Part shown: piece after piece, positions 53,410 through 64,000 of the stretch
Numbering within the stretch: the first letter of the stretch is position 1
How the letters are laid out: each line of letters opens with the position of its first letter
Source of the DNA: Eledone cirrhosa
Lineage: Eukaryota
Reading direction: 5' to 3'
Assembly: GCA_964016885.1 (NCBI GenBank)
Contig: OZ024747.1
Location: forward strand, 4,030,001-4,094,000
Length of the DNA stretch: 64,000 nt
Notes under the pieces: model-generated
Seen by the model: the letters and a program-made list of their open reading frames with translations, nothing else
What the model was told of the DNA's origin: nothing
The model's database searches: none
Position numbers and translations under genes: made by a program

Positions 53410-53764
53410 TGGTTGACTTAAGAAGGATTGGGAAAATATGAAATGTAGTTGGCCCAATGGAGGTGACTATACTAATAGTCAACTACTATAAATATTAGTT
53501 GAGAAAATGAGGCAATAACTGGGCAGATATACTTTCAAGGAATCAAACCTTACATCTCTCGAATGACACTGGTCACTGTCTTTTCTGAATATTTTAAGCC
53601 TGTAGCTAGAAGAGTAAACTAATGGTTGCCTTATGAAGTGTAGTCACCTCAACACAAATGAGAATGTTACTGGTTGAGGCACAAGGCCAGCAATTTGGTG
53701 GGAGGGAAAATCGATTAAATAGACCCCACTGTATTACTGGTACTTCACTTAGTCGATTCCTTAT

Positions 53765-53980
53765 ACCTTTAGCATTTAAACTAGCTGTATCCGGCCTGAA
53801 TTCTCGCACCTCTTTCTGTTCAAACTGGCTGTAACTGGCCACTCATACTGATGTTAAGGTATTGTTCTCAGGCTCGATATTATGTGAGATAATGTAAGAG
53901 ATATGAGATATTATGTAAGATAAAAAACCTTTACCGTGAAAATACAATTGTAAATATAAAGTAATGTAAATGCTAAAGGG
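53765..53980. mobile_element. piggyBac-type MITE nested in a minus-strand family A SINE (53675-54090)
   Basis: ACCTTTAGCATTTA...TAAATGCTAAAGGG|TTAA; the SINE core resumes on both sides. Confidence 0.85.
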
Positions 53981-54857
53981 TTAAGGATTAAAGGCAAAGC
54001 TAGCATTTAAACTCAGAAGGTAAAGTTCTATAACTCTATGCAGGAAATCATGTTGTCCGATGCTCTGTTGATTACTAGCAATCCATCGCCTCTGGATCAA
54101 GCAAATATTAATAACCAATAGATATTGAAATAGTCAGACCACACTATATATGAATTTAGCCATAAATATAATGCTACACATTCTTTTGACAATGAAGCTA
54201 TTAAAACTACACAAACTATATATATACTATACTACATGAAGGACATAGAAACTAGAGGACACATAATTAAAAACCTCATAAAACATAACACAAAATACAT
54301 TACACTGAATTATAAACTAGGAGGAAAAATATACAAAATCATCTTGTGTGAATCTTACCGTTAAAATTAAGATTCAAATTTCTGTAGGAAAGAATGTCAA
54401 AGTAAGATGCTCATCAAATCAAATACATATGCCTGTAATGAAGTGGGAAGTAAACATAAACACTCTTGATAATGAGACCATGAAGGTCTGAAAACACTGA
54501 AAGATTATGGACTTGGGAAATTTGTGGATTCAAAGAACTGTGGAGGCTTTATTAGAAAATATGAGAAGATTCTAATAAGGAAATAGATACTGGAAAGCAA
54601 TCATGTCTTCAACAACACATGCTTAAAAGGAGGCTGTTCCCTACACACACGCACACACGCATGTGTGTATATATGTGTGTGTGTATGTATGTGTCTGTAT
54701 GTATATATGTGTGTATATATATGTGTGTATATATGTGTGTGTGTGTGTATATATATTGTGTATGTGTGTATATATATTGTGTATGTGTGTATATGGGTGT
54801 GTAAATATATATATGTGTGTGTGTGTGTAAATATATATATATGCGTGTGTATATATG

Positions 54858-54909
<52 letters not shown>

Positions 54910-55054
54910 TGCATGCTTAGTCTCTCTCTCACTCTCTCTTGAATATTTAAAGACTCTTAAACAAAGCAATTTTTATCCTTGATGCATTCTGTTGCATTAT
55001 GGGAAAAATGAAGTCTTATGATCCTCTGTTGGAAAATTGTTGGATAAAACAACA

Positions 55055-55985
55055 GCAGCAGTAGTAGTAGTACCAGTAGTAGTATTTGTAGTAATATTTG
55101 TAGTAATAGTTATAGGAATAGTTGTAGTAATAGTTGTAGTAATAGTTGTAGTAATACTAACAATAGTAGTTATAGTAATTTTAGCAATAGTTGTATTAGT
55201 TGTATTAGTAGTATTAGTTGTAGTAGTAATAGCTGTAGTACTAGTCGTTGTAGTAGTAACTGTAGTAGTGGTAGTAGCTGTAGTAGTAGCTGTAGTAGTA
55301 GTAGCTGTAGTAGTAGTAGTGGTAGTAGCTGTAGTAGTAGTGGTAGTAGTAGTAGTAGCTGTAGTTGTAGTGGTAGTAGTAGCTGTAGCTGTAGTGGTAG
55401 TAGCTGTAGTAGTAGCTGTAGTGGTAGTGGTAGTAGTAGCTGTAGTGGTAGTGGTAGTAGTAGCTGTAGTGGTAGTGGTAGTAGTAGCTGTGGTAGCTGT
55501 AGTAGTAGTGGTAGCTGTAGTGGTAGTGGTAGTAGCAGTTGTGGTAGTGGTAGTAGCTGTAGTAGTAGTAGTGGTAGTAGCTGTAGTTGTAGTAGTAGTG
55601 GTAGTAGTTGTAGTGGTAGTAGTAGCTGTAGCTGTAGTGGTAGTAGCTGTAGTAGTAGCTGTAGTGGTAGTGGTAGTAGTAGCTGTAGTGGTAGTGGTAG
55701 TAGTAGCTGTAGTGGTAGTGGTAGTAGTAGCTGTGGTAGCTGTAGTAGTAGTGGTAGCTGTAGTGGTAGTGGTAGTAGCAGTTGTGGTAGTGGTAGTAGC
55801 TGTAGTAGTAGTAGTGGTAGTAGCTGTAGTTGTAATAGTAGTGGTAGTAGCTGTAGTTGTAGTGGTAGTAGTAGCTGTAGCTGTAGTGGTAGTAGCTGTA
55901 GTAGTAGCTGTAGTGGTAGTGGTAGTAGTAGTGGTAGCTGTAGTAGTAGTGGTAGCTGTAGTGGTAGTGGTAGTAGTAGTAGTAA
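55055..55985. repeat. (GTA/GTG/GCT)n tract with 243-bp higher-order period
   Basis: Marker GCAGTTGTGG at 55535 and 55778. Confidence 0.9.
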
Positions 55986-56149
55986 GTACAATGATGATAA
56001 ATGAATATATAAATAAGTAATTGCTTCAAGAAAGAAAGAAAATGGATATTCTCTTATGGTTGGATAGAGAAGAAAATGTTTCCTATTTCCCTACAGCATC
56101 CCACCAACTAGATAATTCTTTCCTGCTATGCATATGGTATTACTGTTAG

Positions 56150-56350
56150 TGTGGTTATTGTTGTTGTTGTTGTTTTTGTTGTTGTTGATGTTGTTGTTTT
56201 TGTTGTTGTTGATGTTTTTGTTATTGTTGTTGTTGATGTTTTTGTTACTGTTGTTGTTGTTGTTATTATTGTTGATGTTTTTGTTACTGCTGTTGTTGTT
56301 GTTGTTGTTGTTATTGTTGTTGTTGATGTTTTTGTTACTGTTGTTGTTGT
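56150..56350. repeat. (TTG)n compound tract
   Basis: Direct observation. Confidence 0.9.
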
Positions 56351-57163
56351 CTTTCCCCTCAATCCTTTGAAAGTCCTGTGCACACTTAATATTGTTATAG
56401 AATTACTACCCTTCTCTTTTCTCTCCTATCTGCCAAAAATATTTTCTTACTCAACATTACATTTTTTTTTTATTCAACATCTCCCTCTACTGTGTAATTA
56501 AAAAAAAAATGTTATCTCCCAGTGAAAGATGCACATCTTGCCTTATACATGCCTTCTTCACAACAATATATGTTTACAGTTGCAAAAACTAGAAACTGTG
56601 TCTGTTTTATATCCCTAGCTCTCAAGATAGGTCCTTTCACCCAACATCCCCAACCTATACAGAATAGAAAAAAAAAATATATATATATATATGTATATAT
56701 AAAAGTAGTGATAATTTATGACAATAGAATAGAAAAAAAAGCTGTAAATGTATACATAGATATATATAAAAAAAATTATCAAATATCCCCCAAGAAATTC
56801 TTTGTTTGAATCACTCCATATGTGAATTTCTTGTAGAGTTACTATCCAAATGGAAAGGTTATTTTATATATTCTATGGAAAACACTCATGTAGATATAAA
56901 TCTCACTTTATATTTTATATAATGTGATATTTGATTTATTTATATATATATATGTATATGTATATATATATGTATATGTATATATATATGTATATGTATA
57001 TATATATGTATATGTATATATGTATGTATATATGTATGGATAAGATGCTGTTAGTAAAAAAAATGAGTAAGAACATTATTCAACAGAATACTCAGTTTTT
57101 AAAAATGTAAAGTGGAGATATTTATTACACGTAAGACTGATGGTCAAGTTAGCGTGTAATATA

Positions 57164-57269
<106 letters not shown>

Positions 57270-57529
57270 TCCATCTGGTTCCTTACCACATCTCCTTCAT
57301 TATATATATATATATCAAGACAACCACTCTTGCCTCAAGTGGGAAAACTCCCGTCCAAACCCATGCAAGCGTGGAAGTTGGACGTTAAACGACGACGACG
57401 ACGACGATGATTGTGTGTGTGAGGGAGCATGTATCTATGTGAAAGGTAAATGGAAAACAACAAACCAATCAGTACAATACAATAAAGATATACATATATT
57501 AGTTTAATACTTAATATAGTAGAAAAATA

Positions 57530-57567
57530 GTCTTAACGTTTCGGACGTTAGTCCTTTATCAGAAGAC
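57530..57567 (-). ncRNA. Minimal hammerhead, single core substitution (CUGAUAA)
   Basis: gucuu CUGAUAA a ggac uaac gucc GAAA cg UU aagac. Confidence 0.6.
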
Positions 57568-57879
57568 AGAGAAATAAAAGAAAAATAGAAAGATAGAAGA
57601 GAGTAAGAAGAGGAAGAAATGGAGAAAAGACACGTGTGTGTTCAGTTTGCAAGAAATTGAATCTGTGCAGAAGAGGGACAATAACAATTCTATGGATGAG
57701 CATATTAAGGAAATTACTTGTTGGAATATAGGAAAACCACAGGTAGGCAGTATAAAAGTGAAATACAGTGCAACCATAGTGTAAAAATACAAAATAAGGT
57801 GAGGCAATCAGGGTCTATATTCATCAAAGAGCAATATGATAATAGCTAAAGAAGGAATAGGTTCATCAATGACTACGCT

Positions 57880-58082
57880 GAAGGGGCTACAGTACTGAAG
57901 TATGAAGTAGAAAATGCCTTGAACAATGTACACAGAGGCCGAACAGTTGGCCCAAATACAATATAGGGTTGTATGAAGCTTTGGAATTATTCCATATTGA
58001 AGTAATAGCTAGGCTCTTGAATAAAGTCTGTAACAGTAACAGACCGCCTGAAAACTGTTCAAGATAATATTTTATTGCAATA
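57880..58082 (+). pseudogene. Decayed LINE RT N-terminal fragment (RTE-like)
   Basis: VLKYEVENALNNVHRGRTVGPNTI...IARLLNKV...PP, matching the EV..A....GK..GPD.I pattern. Confidence 0.65.
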
Positions 58083-58221
58083 CTGGTGTAGATGTAGACT
58101 TCATAAGCTATAGAGAAGGTAACCTGTCTAGGGAAGAAGTTACTCTGAATAAAAAGTGATACAGGGTAGAGAGGACTCTTCTGTTCGGTAAGACAACTTC
58201 TCTAGTGATGATGGTATGAAT

Positions 58222-58409
58222 AATTGTTTCTATGTTAGGCACAAGGCCAGCAATTACCCAGTACATTACTGGTACTTTATTTTATCGGCCCCATAAGGAT
58301 GAAAGGCAAAATTAACATCGCTGGGATTTGAACTCAGAATGGCAAGGGCCGTAACTCGATGCATCAAAGCATGGCGTCCGACCCTCTACCAATACTGCCA
58401 ATCCACCGC
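58222..58409 (-). mobile_element. Family A SINE with 10-bp TSD
   Basis: TATGAATAAT flanks both ends. Confidence 0.9.
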
Positions 58410-59423
58410 TATGAATAATAATACAGCTAGTCCATGCTGTAAAGTGGTTGGTCATAGGAAGGGCATCCAGCTAACATATAAACAAAATACTACTACAAAT
58501 CATCATGGGAAGGATCAGAAACAAGATAAGATCTGAAATGGGAGTAGAACAGTCCAGGAATTGAACCCATGACATTATGGTGGTAAGTCCAACACCTTTA
58601 CCACAAGGCCACGTACCTCCACTTTGCTTTGCTCCCATGAATTCCTACAAATTATGGTTCTGAAAGAATCTTTATTAAATAAATAAATACAAAAAAATAT
58701 ATATATATTGATCTATTGCAACCTCAAAATCCTCCGATCATTTCAATTCTACAATATCCTACTATATAGAAGAAGCATTACATCCTACAGCAATAATAAC
58801 TGACTACACGGCATGCTATTACAGAGGCAGTACGGATTAGTTGGCACACTAGACACCTCAAATGATAAACTTCTAACTAATAGCTAGGTATGGCTTGCAC
58901 GTAATCTATGTGTGAGTAGGTGTCTTGTTTTATAGCTATACACTTAGGTATACTTATCTGGTTTACACATGTATACGATATGTCTAGATCATATTTTTTT
59001 TTTATTATTAAAAGAAAGAAGAAATTATTATATGCATGAGTGGACAAACTTGTGCATGTATATATATGTACATGTGTATTTATATGTATGGTTATGTTTT
59101 TGTGTTGTGTGGGTATGTTTGTATGTTGTGTGTCAGCATGTGATGTATATGTATGTTTGTGTATATGAATGAAGAATGCACACATATTGGCATATGTGAA
59201 TGTGCCTGCCTGCTTGTTTATGTATGAATGTATATATATATATATATATATCAGATAGGGTGTGGTAAAAACAAGGTAGACCATAACCCACCAGAGTACT
59301 CGATACCTGGGGTAATAGAGTGGGTAATATGAAAAATTTCAGGGCCCCAACAGCTGAGCTCTGGTCGTTTCGACAGCTAGATCTGAACTAAAGCACTATA
59401 TATATATCATCATCATCATCATT

Positions 59424-59972
59424 TTACGTCCGCTCTTCCCTGCTTGCAAGGGTGAGACGGGTCCTATTCAGCACAGCATCTCTCCACTTGTCACGGTCCT
59501 TCGTCATCTCCACCGTAAGCTTCAGTGATCTGAGGTCTGTTCTCACCACCTCCGCCCATGTTTTTCGTGGTCTACCTCTACCACGTCTTCCTTCAACTGG
59601 CATTTCCTGGCACTTCTTTACCCATCGGTCATCCTCCATGCGCATCACATGTCCATACCACCTCAGTCTCCTCTCCCGTACACTACATTCTATCCCTCTC
59701 AGACACAGTTTCTCTCTCAACACATCCATGCTGGGTTGTTCACGCACATTGACACTGCACATCCAACGGAGCATGCTTGCCTCATTTCTCTCCAGCCATT
59801 GCATATCCTCTGCAGTTGCTGCCCATGTCTAACTACCTTGCAGCATCGCGCTCCTCACACAGGCATCATATAACCAGCCTTTCGTACTCAGAGAGAAACC
59901 CTTCTTCGTCAGCAGAGGAAGCAGCTCCCTAAACTTCTTCCAACCCGTCCTTATTCTAGATACTATAGCCTT
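59424..59972 (-). pseudogene. RTE family 2 ORF C-terminus (one premature stop), short UTR, (GAT)n tail
   Basis: [16 protein letters not shown]...LYDACVRSAMLQGS*TW...MLRWMC...[12 protein letters not shown]...GRPRKTW. Confidence 0.92.
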
Positions 59973-60108
59973 GGAATATATATATATATATTTCTGTGCA
60001 TGTATATGTATATATACCTGACTGAATACACATATTTTGTTTTCTCAATTTTTTCTGTTCTTTCTTCTTCTCAATATCTTTCTATTTCATCTTTTATTTC
60101 TTATTCTA

Positions 60109-60143
60109 TCTTTTGATGAAGGACTAATGTCTGAAATGTTAAG
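60109..60143 (+). ncRNA. Decayed minimal hammerhead (UUGAUGA)
   Basis: cuu UUGAUGA a ggac uaau gucu GAAA ug UU aag. Confidence 0.5.
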
Positions 60144-60229
60144 TCTCTTTTCTTTTCCTATTATTTCAAACATTAAACTAATATATTTCTTCATTGTACT
60201 GTGTCGTTCACTTTCTTATTTCCGTTTAC

Positions 60230-60273
<44 letters not shown>

Positions 60274-60695
60274 CACATATATATGTATTTGTGTGTATGT
60301 ATGTACTTGTTTACTGAGTGTAATTTGTCCATGTGTGTCTGTATGTGTGTATGAATATATACTCTATTTGCATATCCATATGTGGGTTAACTTGTGTGTG
60401 TGTGTGCTTGTATATAGATGTATATGACTGTAAAACCCCATCACACTTGTCATACTGCCATGTCACCATATGTGTCATCCTTCTTTCATCCTTCACAGCA
60501 TATGAGACCCCAGTATGTGACAGCTCTCAAACCCATGCAAGCATAGAAAATAGATGTTAAACAGTAATGATGATGATATATGTACATGTATATATACATA
60601 TAAATATACATATATGTATATGTGTGTTATATACATACATATATGACACTAACAACAAACAGCTACGTAGATTCTTTTCTAATTTTCCTTTGGAA

Positions 60696-60730
60696 CCCCT
60701 GACGGTGGATGTGAAATCTGAAATATAGGG
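60696..60730 (+). ncRNA. Decayed minimal hammerhead (CUGACGG)
   Basis: ccc CUGACGG u ggau gugaa aucu GAAA ua UA ggg, followed by AATAAA. Confidence 0.5.
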
Positions 60731-61574
60731 CCGAATAAATCTATTCCAAGTTAACTTCCTCTCTGGTTTTCATTTAATTTTACATTTCTCTTCCTCCTTA
60801 CCCACCTTTCTTCCAATTGCCACCTAATTTTGTTATATCGTCATCATCATTTAATGTCCATTTATCCATGCTGGCATTGGTTGGATGGGTGTTCACAGAC
60901 CAAGTTAATATTTAATCAGAACTATTGGCCTCCTAAATGGGCTGGGGGCCCACATTTCACATACATAAGTTCTGGTTTTAGCATGGGCTTTACATCTAGA
61001 TGCCCTTCCTATCACCAAACAACCACTTTGCAGATCTGTAATGTGTGCAGTTTACCATGACACTGGTAATAGGGAGGTTATGAAACCCTTGACTCAACTG
61101 AAGGGTCTATCCAGCCCTTTCTTTGGCGTTGTATCTATGGATGGATGCCCATCCTATGTATTTGTTTCTTTATTTATTCATGTATCTGTTCTTGTATTGT
61201 GTAAGATGTTTAACAAAAACCTTACATCTGCTCTCTTTGCTGGATGGAGTAGAGAATCTTAACTGAACATGGAAGCCAATAATTCCTGAGTGTGTGGAAG
61301 TAGATAATAGCAAGTTAGATATGAGTCTTCATGTGTACATGTTGGCATAAATACATGTGTGTGTCTTCATGCGTGTATGCAGGCATGAATGCATGTGTGT
61401 GTGTGTGTTCATGTGTACATGCAGGGATGAATGGATGTGTATATGTATGTGTAACAGTTGTATTAGAAGACCACAAATCATCTGCGAGTGATTGATCAAA
61501 AGAAATAATGTTTTCCTTTTTGTTTTGTTGATTTTTTTTCATTTTTATCTATATTATTTTCATAGTTTTATTGT

Positions 61575-61606
<32 letters not shown>

Positions 61607-61628
61607 TTATTTTCATAGTTTTATTGTT

Positions 61629-61663
<35 letters not shown>

Positions 61664-61833
61664 TATACATATCTACAATATATAATTCGTGTTTCATTTC
61701 GCTGTATATTTGAAGTTGGGCTTTACAGAAATTGCAGTACACTAAATTAGATTAAAATCCATTTTTTTTTCTTTCGCATTCAGTCAAACAGCATAAGATG
61801 ACGGATGTAACGTGCATGAATGTGTTTGTGTGT

Positions 61834-61872
<39 letters not shown>

Positions 61873-62339
61873 AGTGGGTGAGGGGCTAGCATGTACAGTA
61901 TTTGATGAAAACTCTTCAGAGTAACTTTTTTTTTCTTAATCTTTTTTCCTTTTGGTAAACATTTTATTTTCAAATATAAAATTGTGCCGTTTCTGTTTTC
62001 AAATGAAAATACATCAAATATATTGATAGACGTCAAATTGTACTTGATACTTGTAGCTACCAATGGATAGTTGCTGCTTGGTGCAGCCTCTCTAACTACA
62101 TTCAATCTATCTATCGTTCTACCTCCTCTCTCTCTCTCTCTGTATATATATATATATATATATACATGCAGTGTATATATCTGTATCTACACATACATAT
62201 ATCATATATATATTTATTTACACACATTCATATATATATATATATCATATCTATTTACATGCATACACAATATATATGTATACACACACACACACAGACA
62301 TATATGTACATATATATATATATATATGTAATGTATACA

Positions 62340-62833
62340 CACAAAAATGAAGAATGAGGAAGTATTCTGGAATCTCATTTCATTTTATTAATTACACCAT
62401 TGCTGTTATACGTATTTCAATGGTATCAATTATGTAATTGATACATCTTCACCAGATAGCCATGACATAATTGGTCATACTGTGATATGTTCCAGGCAAA
62501 TGTTTTTATGCTGTCACCCCCCTGCCTGACAAGCTTATTAATCTTGGTTAAAAGACTATTTAGCAACATTTGGGGCATGTTCACTTCCATCATTGGTTGA
62601 ATGTAGTTCACCTGTGTTTGTTTCTCATCACATTGACCTCCCTTTAATGATTAGCAGATTATTGGACCTTTTAATGAAATTTCAAGTTTATTAGTAAAAA
62701 TCTGTCTGATGGTGTGTTGTGTTTTATTGGTGCTAGGTCAAAAATACATACTCAGAACATATCAAATTATGAACAATTACGTAATGGCTATCTGACGAGA
62801 TCATATCAATTACATAATTGATGCCATTGAAAT
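62340..62833. mobile_element. PLE-like fold-back with hammerhead motifs in both arms
   Basis: Arms 62414-62478 and 62769-62833. Minus 62402-62460: gcuau CUGGUGA..GAAA uacgua UA acagc. Plus 62792: CUGACGA..GAAA, truncated by the adjacent RTE end. Confidence 0.7.
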
Positions 62834-63362
62834 CTAGCATGGGTTAGACAGGTTCTCATTAGAGGCATGTTGGGTCAGGGGACTGTGTCTTGTTCAGATA
62901 GAACTAATTCTGGTTAGGTTTCTATTGCTGGACACCCTTCCTAATGCCAACCACATTTACAGTGTGGGGGTGGTGTGGAGAGATGTGAATGGGTGGGAAT
63001 ATAGAGGTGCCTGCTAGATGTATGTTTGAGTCCGTGCACATGGGAAGGCCTGTCTTCTGTATTACTGCATAATGTCAAAGATCTCAATCTTGTGTCATTT
63101 GAGAGGTGCAATTGTGCAAGGTCAACTTTTATCACCTTGTCCCGGGTTTTCCTACTACATAGCTTCCATCAGTTTTGATTGCCCTGCACCTTTTTATACA
63201 GCTGCCATCCTTCATATGCATCATATGAGCATACTGCATCTGATCCCTCTTATGCCTAATTTCTCTCTCTGTTTATTTATGCTTTGCTGTTCATGTATAT
63301 TACTATTAAACATCCATCGGAGCATGCATGCTTCATTTCTTTCCAATCTTTGCAGGTCCTCT
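62834..63362 (-). mobile_element. Diverged RTE family 1 copy (ORF end plus UTR)
   Basis: Aligns to 4660-5010 with deletions, and to the shared 3' tail. Confidence 0.8.
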
Positions 63363-64000
63363 ATTCTATATTTTCTATTATTCTACCAGATTAAAAATAA
63401 TTATTAATAATATTAACATAAATAATGATGAGCTCATGTTTGGATACATTATAAAATGTAAACCCCAGTCCACAGTGAGGTTTGAACTTAAAAGGTATCA
63501 GAATACAATACATAAGAATATACATACAACATATCCTTCTGAGAAGAAAAGAAAGAACATCAATAACAAAATGGAATGGTAATCAAATGTTATAGGATAC
63601 AAAATGTTGCTTCAATATCCTATAACTATCAACACACTCTATCATCAATCTCCACCTTCTACTAACTCCATGTAGAATGTTACTGTATTTTTAATTCCCA
63701 GTTGGGACATTTTGATTCACTTACACTATCATTGACTTTCCAGAAGCCATGTATATAGACAACTTAGCTTTTATACTCTTCCTAAAATCTCATGCTTTAT
63801 GCCTTCGTTAGAAACATCAATTGGTACCTCACCACCATCACCACTACTATATATCGGCAGTCGATCAACAAGATTCCACACCTCATTCTCTTATTGAGTG
63901 GGGTGGAGCTCGTCAAATTGGACCAAGGAAACAATGTTTCCATTGGTCTTTCCAATTGCTGATACTATCTACTGGTTACAAATCCAGGCAAAAGGAGCAA

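Noticed and set aside
54150-54600. Possible LINE RT remnant
   Set aside because: Too decayed to align motifs confidently by eye.
62426-62611. 61-aa ORF as host exon
   Set aside because: Lies inside a PLE-like fold-back and overlaps its hammerhead motif.

Overview
Eukaryotic, very AT-rich, microsatellite-dense DNA. The SINE/LINE complement and (TA)n load strongly suggest a cephalopod (Octopus-like) genome; this is inferred, not confirmed by any search. Almost all ORFs in the supplied track are simple-repeat artefacts. Host-gene signal is small: one probable terminal coding exon (+, 12316-12599) that the ORF track missed, and one probable promoter with first exon (+, ATG at 45423). The rest is retroelement debris: 5'-truncated RTE, CR1, Tx1-like and CRE-like LINE fragments, two or more tRNA-derived SINE families, piggyBac-type MITEs, two minisatellites born from LINE coding sequence, and a 3.3-kb 28-bp satellite. 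The most notable hidden structure is a dense set of short asymmetric fold-back elements inserted in (TA)n tracts that carry minimal type I hammerhead ribozyme motifs (about 6 with an intact CUGANGA/GAAA/UH core, about 8 decayed). One of them retains a GIY-YIG endonuclease C-terminus, which identifies them as Penelope-like retroelement (PLE) pLTR remnants from several families. All coordinates were read by eye; element boundaries are approximate.
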